DNA of 64,000 nt from Verrucomicrobiia bacterium. Lineage in GTDB: Bacteria > Verrucomicrobiota > Verrucomicrobiia > Limisphaerales > UBA1319. Below the pieces are notes generated by a model. It was not told the origin of the DNA, did no database searches, and was given only the letters and a program-made list of their open reading frames with translations. Location: contig OY760937.1 of the NCBI GenBank assembly GCA_963664225.1, positions 3,424,001-3,488,000 on the forward strand, read 5' to 3'. Position numbers and translations under genes: made by a program. Shown one piece after another: positions 1-10,700 of this stretch (position 1 is the first letter of the stretch; each line of letters begins with the position of its first letter).

Positions 1-1302
1 GCGTGCGAAGCGGCGGCGGTCGCGTTTGCCCAGCTTTCGAAATTGGGCCTGGCGGGCCGGCGCAAGGTGATCGAGTTGGTGAAGGAAATTTCGTTCGCGA
101 ACTCCGCTGTGTGGGGCAAGCTCGAGTTGGAAGAGACGCATATCGGTCGTCTGGACCATAAGATCGAGAAGCTCACGGGTCTGCGCGGGTTGCCGGGCGT
201 CGAGTTTTTGCAGCCTTACGCGTTGAGCGGGGATCACGGGATCATGCTGGAGGAATACGCTCCATTCGGTGTCATTGGCGCGGTTACGCCCTCCACGCAT
301 TCCATTCCCACCATGGCGGCCAATATCATCAGCATGGCGGCGGCGGGTAACAGCGTGGTGTTCAATCCCCATCCCGGCGCGGTCAAATGCGCGGTGGTGG
401 CGGCCCGGGTGTTCAATGAGGCGATCTTCGGGGAACTGGGCATCGAGAACCTGGCTTGCGTCATCGAGCAGCCGACGCTCGAATCCTTCCAGGCCATTGC
501 GAAGAACGAGAATGTCAAACTGCTGTGCGTCACCGGCGGCCCCGGCGTGGTCAAGGCGGCCATGTCCACAGGCAAGCGCGCCATCTGCGCCGGTCCCGGC
601 AATCCTCCCGTGCTGGTGGACGAAACCGCCGAGATCGAAAGAGCGGCCCGTGCGGTGATTTTGGGCGGGGCCTACGATAACAATTTGCTCTGCATCGGTG
701 AGAAGGAAGTCTTCGTTCTCGATGGAGTGGCGGATGCCTTCATGAGCGCCCTGGAAAAAAACGGCGCGGCCCGGATCAATGCGCAGCAGTTGGAGCGGTT
801 GACCAAGGAAGCCTTTGTTTTCCCCGAAGGGCAGGGTGGGGGTTGCAGTCATGCGGCGGTCAGCCGTCAATTGATCGGCAGGGACGCCTCGGTGCTGGCG
901 CGCATTGCCGGAGCCCGCGTTCCGGATGGGACTCAGTTGCTTTTTGCGGAAACCGACGCGAATCACCTCTTTGTTGAAGAGGAACAAATGATGCCGTTCG
1001 TTCCCATCGTGCGCGTGCGCAGTGTCGAGGAAGGCATTGCCGCGGCGAAGAAGGCCGAGCACGGTTACAAACACTCGGCGATCATTCATTCCCACAACGT
1101 CTCGAACATGACGGCGATGGGCAAGGCGCTCGACACCACGTTGTTCATCAAGAACGGCGCTTGTGTGGCCGGTCTGGGCAGCGGCGGCGAGGGTTACTCG
1201 AATTTCTCCATCGCCACAACCACCGGCGAAGGCATTTGCACGCCGCGCACCTTCACCCGCACCCGTCGATGCGTGTTGGTGGATAATTTGCGGATCGTTT
1301 AA
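1..1302 (+). CDS. Acylating aldehyde dehydrogenase, EutE/PduP family (BMC-associated); 5'-truncated by the window
   Basis: Frame is open from base 1. Motifs PFGVIGAVTPSTH, VTGGPGVV, AGPGNPP, LCIGEKE, EQMMP; adjacent to EutN genes. Confidence 0.9.
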   Translation, partial: ACEAAAVAFAQLSKLGLAGRRKVIELVKEISFANSAVWGKLELEETHIGRLDHKIEKLTGLRGLPGVEFLQPYALSGDHGIMLEEYAPFGVIGAVTPSTHSIPTMAANIISMAAAGNSVVFNPHPGAVKCAVVAARVFNEAIFGELGIENLACVIEQPTLESFQAIAKNENVKLLCVTGGPGVVKAAMSTGKRAICAGPGNPPVLVDETAEIERAARAVILGGAYDNNLLCIGEKEVFVLDGVADAFMSALEKNGAARINAQQLERLTKEAFVFPEGQGGGCSHAAVSRQLIGRDASVLARIAGARVPDGTQLLFAETDANHLFVEEEQMMPFVPIVRVRSVEEGIAAAKKAEHGYKHSAIIHSHNVSNMTAMGKALDTTLFIKNGACVAGLGSGGEGYSNFSIATTTGEGICTPRTFTRTRRCVLVDNLRIV

Positions 1303-1309
1303 TCAAACC

Positions 1310-1597
1310 ATGAACCTCTGCCGCGTCGAAGGCAATCTGACCGCCACCCGGAAACATTCCAGTTTCCAGGGCTGGCGCTTTCTGATCTGCCAGCCGATTG
1401 GCCCGGGCGGAGAACCGGAGGGCGCGCCCGTGGTGGCCATCGATGGCCTCGGCGCCGGTTTGCATGAGCGGGTGCTCGTCTCGACGGATGGCATGGCCGC
1501 GCGGCTTGCCGTGAAAGACCCCAAAAGTCCCGCCCGCATGATGATTGTCGCCATTGTGGACGAGGTGGAAGCGGCAGCGAAAGGGGCGGCCCGATGA
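1310..1597 (+). CDS. EutN/CcmL microcompartment vertex (BMC-P) protein
   Basis: MNLCRVEGNLTATRKH...VAIDGLGAG..VLV...IVAIVD; ATG at 1310 inside the listed ORF 1163..1597. Confidence 0.9.
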   Translation: MNLCRVEGNLTATRKHSSFQGWRFLICQPIGPGGEPEGAPVVAIDGLGAGLHERVLVSTDGMAARLAVKDPKSPARMMIVAIVDEVEAAAKGAAR

Positions 1598-1896
1598 GAC
1601 TCGGAAAAGTCATAGGCCGCGTGACCTTGAGCCAGACGATCCCCGCTCTCAAGGGGGCGCGCTGGTTTCTCGTGAGCCCATTTACACGGGATCATTTTCA
1701 ACAGGGCGAAGTTGCGCCCGCGGGATTGAGCAAGGACCCTTCGCCGGTCGTCTATGACGATCTGGGCGCCGGAGTTGGCGATACGATCGGTTACATTGAA
1801 GGTCGGGAGGCGGCGATGCCCTTTCCCCAGCCGACGCCGATTGACGCAATCAATGCCGCCATTATTGACCAGGTTTTTTACACACCATTTAAATGA
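1594..1896 (+). CDS. EutN/CcmL microcompartment vertex (BMC-P) protein
   Basis: MRLGKVIGRVTLS...VVYDDLGAGVGD...EGREA...PIDA..AAIID; ATGA overlap with both neighbours. Confidence 0.9.
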   Translation: MRLGKVIGRVTLSQTIPALKGARWFLVSPFTRDHFQQGEVAPAGLSKDPSPVVYDDLGAGVGDTIGYIEGREAAMPFPQPTPIDAINAAIIDQVFYTPFK

Positions 1897-2948
1897 AAAC
1901 TCTTATTAGCGCTCGTGATGTCGAAGAATTGCTCCGCAAAGGCGGCAATCTGGATTCCCTGCCGACCGACGCCATTTATACGCCGTCGGCCATCGATCTG
2001 ATCCGCGACTCGAAGAACGGCAAGGTGTCCCAGCCGGTTGTCCAGGCCAAATCCGAATCCGGTGCGCCAGCGCCAGCCTCCGCAATTCCCAAGGCCTCGG
2101 CTCCCGCGGCGGAGCTCGAAAAGTATTTTAACTCGCCCGAGGTTCACGCCCTCAAGGAATTGATCTGCGGCGTCGGTCACCGTTTGTGGCAGCGCAATTA
2201 CGTGGATGGCAACGGCGGCAATATCTCGATCCGCCTCTCGGACGAACTGGTTCTTTGCACGCCCACGCTCGTTTCCAAGGGCGCGCTCAAGCCTGCGGAC
2301 CTGTGCCTTGTGGACATGGAGGGCAAACAGCTTGCCGGCGTCAAGCCGCGCACGAGCGAAGTGCTCATGCATCTCCAGATCATGAAGGCCCAGCCCAAGG
2401 CCAAAGCCTGCGTTCACGCGCATCCGGCCCACGCCTCGGCTTTTGCAGTGGCAGGCATTGAACCTCCGACCTGCATGATGCCCGAGTACGAGGTGTTCTG
2501 CGCGGTGGCGGTCGCCCCCTATCGCACTCCCGGCACGCCGGAAATGGGCAAGCTCATCGCGGAACTGGTCGATAAGCACAACACGATTTTGATGGCCAAT
2601 CACGGCGTCGTGGCCTGGAGCCATAACAGCGTGGAAGAGGCCTACTGGCGGATGGAAATCATCGAGGCCTACTGCCGCACGATCGTCATCGCGTCGCAGT
2701 TGGGCAAGCCGATGAGTGGCTTCAGCTCGAAACACCTTCAGGATTTGCTCGCCATCAAAAAGAAGCTCGGCTTTGTCGATCCCCGGTTCGACCTCAAGGA
2801 ATGCGAGCTCTGCGACAACAGCGAGTGGAATCCGGGCATAAACTGCCAGATACCCACGGAAAAACCGGTCGCGGCGGAATCGAGTGCCGAGGCGGAGCAA
2901 TTGGTGAAGACGATCACGGACATGCTCGTCGCGAAAATGAAGGGCTGA
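1893..2948 (+). CDS. Class II aldolase (fuculose/rhamnulose-1-phosphate aldolase-like), BMC core enzyme
   Basis: GNGGNIS, TPT..SKG, TSE..MH, HAHP and NHG zinc motifs; C-terminal amphipathic helix. Confidence 0.9.
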   Translation: MKTLISARDVEELLRKGGNLDSLPTDAIYTPSAIDLIRDSKNGKVSQPVVQAKSESGAPAPASAIPKASAPAAELEKYFNSPEVHALKELICGVGHRLWQRNYVDGNGGNISIRLSDELVLCTPTLVSKGALKPADLCLVDMEGKQLAGVKPRTSEVLMHLQIMKAQPKAKACVHAHPAHASAFAVAGIEPPTCMMPEYEVFCAVAVAPYRTPGTPEMGKLIAELVDKHNTILMANHGVVAWSHNSVEEAYWRMEIIEAYCRTIVIASQLGKPMSGFSSKHLQDLLAIKKKLGFVDPRFDLKECELCDNSEWNPGINCQIPTEKPVAAESSAEAEQLVKTITDMLVAKMKG

Positions 2949-3000
2949 GGGTCGGTTTATTAGTTTTTTGGTCAACGCGGAATCCAGACATCAAACGAGT

Positions 3001-3927
3001 ATGAAAGTAACCATTATTGGCGGCGGCGGTCGGGTGGGAAGTTGCGCGGCGTTCGCATTGCAATGCGGCGGTGTGGTTTCTGAGATTCAACTTTTGGACG
3101 CCAATGTGGCCATGGCCGAGGGCGAGGCGCTGGACCTGCTCCATGGTTCGTCCTTCTGCGCCGACCAGCGGATTTACGCGGGCGATTACGCGCGCGCTGC
3201 GGATAGCGATGTGTTCCTCATCACGGCCGGCCTGCGCCGCAAGCCCGATGAATCGCGTCTGGACCTGATCAACCGCAATGTCTCGCTCTTCATGCAGATC
3301 CTCGCGGGGATCAAGACGGCAGGCCTGCGCAAGGACGCCCTCGTTTTTGTGGTCTCCAATCCGGTCGATATCCTGACGCAACTGGCCATGCAACAACTGG
3401 GCCTGCCTTGGAACCAGGTCATGGGCCTGGGCACAATGCTCGACTCGTCGCGTTTCAGCGCGTTCATTGCCGACGAATTCAAGCTCGCCCCCACCCAGGT
3501 CCGGGCGCTCATTCTGGGCGAACACGGGGATTCGATGACCCCGATCTGGTCCTCCGCCAGCGTGGGCGGTCTCCTTCTTACCAGCCTGCCGCAGTGCACA
3601 GCGGGAATCCAAAACAAGCTCTTCGAGCGCACCAAGGGTAGCGGCGCCGAGGTCATTCAGAAAAAGGGCGGTGCGGGTTGGGCCGTCGCGGTGGCCATTC
3701 GCGAAGTGATTCACGCCATTGCCCTCGACCAGAAACGCCTCCTGCCGGTCTCCACATTCCAGCGCGGCTTGTATGACATCCGGGACATCTGCCTGAGCGT
3801 GCCCACCGTGGTCGGCCGCAAGGGAGCCCTCGAACAGGTCGAGCTTACCCTCTGGCCCAAGGAAAAATTGGCGTTGCAGAACTCCGCCAAGGCCCTCAAG
3901 GAAACGCTGGCCAAGGTGAAGGTTTAG
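3001..3927 (+). CDS. Lactate/malate dehydrogenase family protein
   Basis: MKVTIIGGGGRVG, ITAGLRRKPDESRLDL, VSNPVD, GTMLDSSR, LGEHGDS. Confidence 0.92.
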   Translation: MKVTIIGGGGRVGSCAAFALQCGGVVSEIQLLDANVAMAEGEALDLLHGSSFCADQRIYAGDYARAADSDVFLITAGLRRKPDESRLDLINRNVSLFMQILAGIKTAGLRKDALVFVVSNPVDILTQLAMQQLGLPWNQVMGLGTMLDSSRFSAFIADEFKLAPTQVRALILGEHGDSMTPIWSSASVGGLLLTSLPQCTAGIQNKLFERTKGSGAEVIQKKGGAGWAVAVAIREVIHAIALDQKRLLPVSTFQRGLYDIRDICLSVPTVVGRKGALEQVELTLWPKEKLALQNSAKALKETLAKVKV

Positions 3928-3943
3928 TCATTCGGCATGTCAC

Positions 3944-5248
3944 ATGGAAAAATCCCTCGATACAAAACTGGCGCAGATCAAGGCCGACCGTAACTCCAAG
4001 GCCTTCATTATCGCGGATGCCAAGGACGCGGACATGGCCTTTGGCGTGCGCGCTCCCGGGCCACGCGATTATCTTTCGAGCCAGGGCGCCCATGCGGCAC
4101 AATTTTCCCCCGAGGTCTGGACCCGTGACGAGTTCGGCCACCGTAATCTGCCTGAGTTTCTGGACATCATTCGGGATGTGACGCATCAGGGTTTGGTGGA
4201 CATCATGCTCATGTCCGCCAGTGTGAATGAGCGGTTGTCCATCGAGGAAGGTCTATTCAAGAATTCGAAGGTCACGCCCGCCGCCCGCGCCAATGACACC
4301 ACGGATGTCTGGGCCGTGCGGCATGGGACCTACATCAAGGATCCCGCCCAACCCTTTCGCAGCGCCACCATCGATCATATCCAGTGCGGGAAACAGGAAT
4401 GCGCGCGCGATGGCTCGGATTTTCCGGGTGCGAATCTCGGATTATATTCAGTTACTTTCGTCAACGACCTCGAACAGGACCGTGCCACGCTCGAGGCCTT
4501 CAAAGCCTTCCGTCTTGAAGCCGAGAACAAGGGCTTTCGCTATTTTCTCGAAGTGTTCGATCCCAATGTCGATACCGGCATCGCTCCGGAGAAGCTTGGG
4601 GAGTTCATCAACGACAACATCCTGCGAAATCTGGCCGGAGTGACCGAGGCGGGGCGGCCCCTGTTCCTGAAAATCGTTTATCACGGTCCGCGCCTCATGG
4701 AGGAGTTGGCCCAATACGATCCCCAGTTGGTTGTGGGTATTCTCGGCGGCAGCGCGGGCACCACATACGATGCGTTCAAGCTGATCCACGACGCCCAGAA
4801 ATACGGCGCGCGCGTGGCGTTGTTCGGCCGCAAGATCAACGGTGCGGAACACCAGCTCGCGTTCATCGAAATGCTGCGTCTGATCACGGACGGCAAGATC
4901 AGCCCCGAGGAGGCCGTGCGCGCTTATCACGGCGTGCTGCAGGGCTTCGGCATCAAGCCCAAGCTCGCCTTGGAGAAGGATCTTGAGCCGACCGGCCAGG
5001 CCATGAGCTACGGCGGTGAGAAGCCGAAAACGATTGTGAATTTTGCCTCCGCCAAACCGGCTGAAGCGGCCAAATCCGCAGCTCAAACCCCGGTGGAGAA
5101 GCCCAAAGCCCCGGTCGTGAAAGTCCAACCCGGCCCCGCATCTTCCTTGTGGCCCAAAAAAGCGGACGGCTCCCCTGACTTCGAAAAGATGACCTCCGCC
5201 CAGCGCTGCTCCTACGACCTCGCCCGCCTCACCCGAATTTACGGTTGA
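3944..5248 (+). CDS. Hypothetical protein, possibly class I aldolase-like TIM barrel
   Basis: 434 aa ORF, 16 nt after the dehydrogenase; FLEVF, FLKIVY, VGILGG, ALFGRKI pattern. Confidence 0.6.
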   Translation: MEKSLDTKLAQIKADRNSKAFIIADAKDADMAFGVRAPGPRDYLSSQGAHAAQFSPEVWTRDEFGHRNLPEFLDIIRDVTHQGLVDIMLMSASVNERLSIEEGLFKNSKVTPAARANDTTDVWAVRHGTYIKDPAQPFRSATIDHIQCGKQECARDGSDFPGANLGLYSVTFVNDLEQDRATLEAFKAFRLEAENKGFRYFLEVFDPNVDTGIAPEKLGEFINDNILRNLAGVTEAGRPLFLKIVYHGPRLMEELAQYDPQLVVGILGGSAGTTYDAFKLIHDAQKYGARVALFGRKINGAEHQLAFIEMLRLITDGKISPEEAVRAYHGVLQGFGIKPKLALEKDLEPTGQAMSYGGEKPKTIVNFASAKPAEAAKSAAQTPVEKPKAPVVKVQPGPASSLWPKKADGSPDFEKMTSAQRCSYDLARLTRIYG

Positions 5249-5372
5249 GCCAGGTTTCCTCCTGTCATTGGAGCGCCGACACCCTCCCGCAGCACTGGAG
5301 GTGCGGATTTCTCGAATCCGGCGGTTGAAACCACCGTCCTTGCTCACCTGCCCGAATGAGTCCTGCGGCCAA

Positions 5373-6059
5373 TCACCGTCGCTGGTTATAAGTCTCCAGC
5401 GCGTATTTCTCCACAGCCAGTTCTTCGGCACGGCGCGTCAATGTAACATCCGGAGTCACCGACTCCCATTGCGCCTGAAAATCCTTCGTTGCCGCCTCGC
5501 ACATCGCCTTCTGCCAGACGGTCCGCGTGATTCCCGGCGGCTGCGGCTGAACGGAACCCTGGATTAACAAACCGTTTTTTGTGCGACGCTGCGCCGCCCC
5601 GGCCATCTTCCGACCCCGCCACAACAAATCGTATTTCTCCGCCCCGGCAAAACATTGACCCGGGATTTCCTTGCGCGTTTCCGGGCATAACTCGCTGGCG
5701 ATATTGAGCAGCGCCATCGACGATCGAATCCACTCATGAAGCCGCTGGTAGCTCAGCACCGCCTGCAGCCGATACCACGGGTGCTGCGGCGGAATCGCCA
5801 CGCTGTAAGTCCAGTCCGCCTGGTGCGGCACCAGACCTCCGCCCGTGGGACGGCGCAGCAACGGCCGCAAAAGTGTCCACCGCTCGATATCCGCGTAATG
5901 CTGAAAATAACCAAACGTCGCCGCCGGTTCGTTCCACCCATAGAAACGCAGCACCGGACGCCCGCTCTCCGCCGCGCCCAGCAACAACGCCTCATCCAGC
6001 GCCATATTCCATGTCGCGCCGCACAACCCCGAATCCATCACCAGCCATAATTCAGACAT
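5373..6059 (-). CDS. Lipoate-protein ligase / octanoyltransferase family protein (LplA/LipM-like)
   Basis: NMALDEALL, LRFYGW, RRPTGGG..H, CF...KYDL, RKMAGAAQRR; start uncertain. Confidence 0.88.
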   Translation of the reverse strand: MSELWLVMDSGLCGATWNMALDEALLLGAAESGRPVLRFYGWNEPAATFGYFQHYADIERWTLLRPLLRRPTGGGLVPHQADWTYSVAIPPQHPWYRLQAVLSYQRLHEWIRSSMALLNIASELCPETRKEIPGQCFAGAEKYDLLWRGRKMAGAAQRRTKNGLLIQGSVQPQPPGITRTVWQKAMCEAATKDFQAQWESVTPDVTLTRRAEELAVEKYALETYNQRR

Positions 6060-6299
6060 GCCGCCCATGATTAAACGGAGACCCCGCCCCCTCCGCAACG
6101 CAAAATCCGGCAATTGCGGGATAGCGACAACCGCCAATCCCAAGATCCAAATTACATTCCACTTTCCATATCCAATATCCCATATTATTAGCGCGGATTA
6201 GTGTGGATTAGCGGTTTCATTCCTTCTTCCGAAAACCCCACGCGCCGGCCATCTCCGAAACTCAAAACCGCCCCTGCATGCGCCATGTATCCTCCGGGC

Positions 6300-6400
6300 A
6301 ACCCGTTCCGGGTTGCAATCATTCAGCCCCGGGTTGCCCGCCGAGGGCTACCCGGGGTCACCGTCCCCCCGGAATTCCCAACGCTGTAGGCGTTGAATCA
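6300..6400. repeat. Composite palindromic REP-like element, copy 1 (related copy at 12929-13027)
   Basis: AACCCG-N3-GGGTT, CAGCCCCGGGT...ACCCGGGG and ACGC-N-GCGTT stems occur in the same order in both copies. Confidence 0.7.
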
Positions 6401-6790
6401 AAACACTTTTGCGTCCTTGACCCAATCATCGCCTCCTCCTAGTTTGAGTTCATTCACGGAGAAATGGGCACACGCAAAACCCGATTGTAAAATGCGTTAC
6501 ATATTGCAGTTCAACGCAAGCACGCTCAGGGACTGTTAATCGAAGTCAAGATGCACCGTAAGAGCCAAACCATGATAACCTGCCACTCGAACATCTCAGC
6601 GACTTATTTCGCGTCCGGCATGGCACACATATTATGCGAGCAGAAGGCGGAGTTTACCTTTATCTCATCGAGAGATATTACAATGGTTTGCCATGACGAA
6701 TCATCCTGAGAGGGAGAATGTTCAACACCGATCCCGTTGCACCCCGGATCGAACCAGTTTTCGCAATCCATACACAAAAGGAAATCAGCC

Positions 6791-7699
6791 ATGTATCTCG
6801 ACCGAATCCATCGTCGGCTCGCCGAACTCGCGGACCTCGGCTGTCTGGAAATGAGCGATGTGGCGCCCTGCACAGAGGAAGACCTCGTCGCACTCGAAAA
6901 GAAGCTCGGCTTCCGCCTGCCGGGCGTCGTTCGCGAGCTCTACTTGTGGGGAGGGAATGACCTCGGCAGTGTGTTTGGCGCAATGGATGTGGTGGACTTC
7001 GGTCAGCACATGGAACACGACTACCGGCCCGGAGCTCGCGAGACACTCCTGGAGGCGGGCGAAGATCCTGCCATCGTGGACGCCCAGGCGCTGATCGTGC
7101 AAGTGGACTGCGATGGCCAGTTTTCTTTTGTCCGAGCCGACCAGGGTGACGATCCGCCAGTTTATACTCACAACGAGCAGGAACCCACTTTCTGCAGTTG
7201 TGCGCGATTCAGCGACTACCTTGCCCTCATGGTGGAGCAGTCCGCCGGGATTGAGGAGATTGAGTTGGTGCGTTCCATCGCGCGTTTACGACGGCTGGCG
7301 GAGCTTCTGGCGCACCAGGTCCGGCATGTCCTGTTCTCCGGTGAAATTCAGTTCGTGACGATACCTGACGAGGTGTTCGAACTGAAGGAACTGCGCAGCT
7401 TGAACCTCGTCGGTAAAGGTCTTCTTGAATTGTCGCCTCGCATTGGAGAACTGGTTTTCCTCAGGCGGCTCGACCTCGCTCGCAACTCGCTTTCGTCGCT
7501 GCCCATGGCACTGACCGAATTGGACGAACTCGAAGAACTGGATCTCGCCGACAACCAGTTGATAACCGTCATCGGCGCACTCCGGAAACTGCCAGCATTG
7601 CGCTTTTGCTGTCTCGCGGGCAACCCCCTGTCCCCGGAGGAACTCAACCAACTCCGAAACGAGTTGCCCCAGATCGAAATCATCTTTGCCCAACCTTGA
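6791..7699 (+). CDS. SMI1/KNR4 (SUKH) domain protein with C-terminal leucine-rich repeats
   Basis: PCTEEDLVALEKKLGFRLP...DDPPVY...FSDYL, followed by LRRLDLARNSLSSLP / LEELDLADNQL repeats. Confidence 0.85.
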   Translation: MYLDRIHRRLAELADLGCLEMSDVAPCTEEDLVALEKKLGFRLPGVVRELYLWGGNDLGSVFGAMDVVDFGQHMEHDYRPGARETLLEAGEDPAIVDAQALIVQVDCDGQFSFVRADQGDDPPVYTHNEQEPTFCSCARFSDYLALMVEQSAGIEEIELVRSIARLRRLAELLAHQVRHVLFSGEIQFVTIPDEVFELKELRSLNLVGKGLLELSPRIGELVFLRRLDLARNSLSSLPMALTELDELEELDLADNQLITVIGALRKLPALRFCCLAGNPLSPEELNQLRNELPQIEIIFAQP

Positions 7700-7734
7700 G
7701 CCAAAGAGACACCTTCGTAATACCACTTCACCGC

Positions 7735-10700
7735 TCAGTTGCTGACCCGGAGCTTGAAGTAGCACCGACCGCTGGCAGGCAGGGACGCGTGCTTCATGTT
7801 GATGCTAAACTGGCCATTCGTCTGAGACCACGCCGCTGCGTCGCAGAGTGTCCAGTTTTTGAGGTCCTCTGAAAACCAGAGTTCAACGGTGCCCTCCAGC
7901 CCTGCCTCGTCCGCGATCAAAAGGCCTTCGGCGGTGACGCGAGGATTGGTAAATGCCGGCGGCTCGGGGAGCCCGGGCGTGCCGGAGGTCACCCTGCCCG
8001 GACGCCAGTTGTCAGCCGTGCTCCAAATCGGTTCCGGGGCGGCGAGATCGACCGCCACAAGCGAGGATCCCGTGTTGAAGGTCCCGGGATACCAGAGCTT
8101 CGAGTAGGTGAACGTGAGTATATTACTTCCCTTGGGATCGATGATCGACAGCGCTTCACCGCCCCGCGAAAGCTTGCCACTGGTCCAGACCATCACGTTG
8201 ATACTATTCGTGGCATACCGTGTGGCAAAAGCCTCCAGGTTGGCCACAAGCGCCATTCGCGCGCCCGCCGCAAGCACCACGTTCGTGAACGTGTGTGTAA
8301 TGCCGCTCACGAAACTCACCCCGTCGAGATTCAGCGCATTCGTGCCGTTATTGCGCAGCTCAAGCCAGCCAAAGTCGTCGTCGATATACGGACTGCCTGC
8401 ATCCGGCGCGGGCGGCGCATACATGAGCTCGGAGACGCGCAGGGCCGCATAATCCATCGGAGCGCGCTGGACGGTGAGCGCATTTTCAGAAAGTGCGCTC
8501 CATACGGCGCCGTTGTAGGAACGGGCCTTGACGGTGCAGTTGTTGGTAACGGTGATATCGGCACCGATGCGTCCCTGGCTCGCCGGTATCGTGAGCGAAA
8601 AGTCGAAGTAGAGGTCGGAGCTTCCCGCGTTGCCCTGGTGTAGCTCGACGGCCAGGGTGTTGGTGCCAACCCGCAGCATCTGGGTGGCATTGACCGTGCG
8701 CGCGAAGTAGGTGTTCTGATCCGGCGAACCCGCCACGCCCGCGGAGTAGGTGTCATACGTCGGAGTCCCCGGGTTCATGTTCTCGCGCAGTTCGGTGACT
8801 TCCACGCCATTGAGATAAACCACCGCGCCATCGTCCCGCAGTATCTCAGCCAGCAGGTTTGGAATGTCATTAGTAGAATTTAGTGTGAAGGTGTGGCGCA
8901 GATAGGTGGTGGTTACTTGCGGCGCCGTAGTTCCATTGACATAGCGGCGGGTTGTCGTGGCCACCGGATTGACTGTCGCGCTGCCTGCGAAACCAAGGAT
9001 GGCAGGTCCGTGCGACCAGGTATCATCCGGAAAACCATGGGACCGCCATGTGAGTTTGCCCGAGGCGGGCGGTTCGCTGCCGCTATCAAAGTAGCGCCAG
9101 TCCGCGCCGCGCGCAACAAGCGTGCGAGTGCCGGTGTTGCCGCTACCGTATGCGGCCTTGATGGCGGACGGATTGATGCTGCCATCGGGAAGACGCGGAT
9201 CGGAGCCGTCCGTGGTGTAGTAGAATATACCGGCGCCGGAGAGATGCAGGAGGTGTCCCGATGGAACTTCCCTGTTCATTACCGAGTAGTCGGGAGCATC
9301 GATTGACGGGAACCAGCCGCGGGTGCGGAAATGGCCGATAATAATATCACGGCGCAGGCTCAGGTAATTATTGACGACCGCGTTACAGGCCGGAATCCAG
9401 TTCGCGTCCCTTGTCTTGCCCCGGCCCCAGCGGGCGGACTCGGCAATGATCGCGAGATCGATTTCGTTCATGCGGCTGCGAAAGCGCTTCTGGGCGTTTG
9501 CGGGCGTGAGAGCGCCGTCGCCGTAGAGTTGTTTCTGCACGAGATCGGCAAAGCGCAGGCGATACTGCGGGTTCTGGCAGAGCCGCTGGTGGAGCGTCGC
9601 GGGGTTGAAACTACTCTGGGTGGTCAAACCGGCCCCGCCGGTGGTGGTGTCGCAGGTTACGGGAAAACTGTCGTTGGCGCCCAGGGAATGTTCGGCGTCG
9701 TGGCGCAACCATTTGAACCCATCGGGAGCGGTGCGGTGGAAAAGCGCAAACATGTTATTGGGCATCCCACCCCAGATGGAGACGGGCGAGTCCGGGTCGC
9801 CCGTGTAGAGGGCGGTTAACATGTAGAGGATCAGGTTGTCCTCGTCGAGATAGACCGGGTAGGCGGGATTGGGTGTGCCGTCCGGATTGAGGCCTTTGAC
9901 GCGCTGGTAGTTATTGGAGTAAGCGCCGCTAAAACCCTGGTTGATGGCAATGTCATGCAGCGCGTAAAAGGCGTCGAACGTCCCGTCGCTGGCGGTGGTG
10001 GTATAGCCCGGCTGGCTGGTCTTGATGCAGTCCCATTCGTCGTTGTTGCCGCCCATGTAGGTTTGCGCGTAATCCGCATCGCCGCGCTCCTGGGTCTGGA
10101 AGAGGCCCCAGTACTGGCCATTAATATAGAGATGGTAGTATCGGCTCCGCGTGTAGGGCATGCCCATGTCCCGCTGGGAATCGCGCGAGAAGGTCTCCCG
10201 CACGAAGGTATCCTTGGGACTATTCTCATAAGCCCACGAATAGTTCTGGGAAGTGCGCAGATCCACTTTGTCGAACTCGGACGCGCCCTCGTCCCCAAAG
10301 AGCGGAAAGCGCAGCTTGCCATCGCCGTAATCGGATCGGAAGAACAGGCGGAACGAATGCTTGGGATTGGCGGAGCTGCGGCTGTACGCGCCGCGAATGC
10401 GCAAGCCGGCGTCGATGTGGAACTCGGATCCGCTCCCTTTCACAGGGTCGATCAATTCCACCGACACCGGGCGTTCCCAGGCGATGCCATCGTTGTTTGG
10501 ATTGACGTAGATGCCGCGCTGCGGATTGACCAGGTTGCCGAGGTCGGTCACCAGCGAGATGGAGGGGATGGCATTGGTCATGCCGTTGCGCAGGCGGTCG
10601 GCATCCCCCGTCACAATTTCCTGCCGCATCCCATATTCCATCACATGGTTGTTGACCTGTCCGTTGGCGGGCCAGCCCGGCGGCGCTGTGGATGCCTGTT

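Noticed and set aside
6480..6710. Nuclease toxin C-terminal domain upstream of the SUKH gene
   Set aside because: Only short frames, with no complete HNH/WHH/LHH motif recognisable
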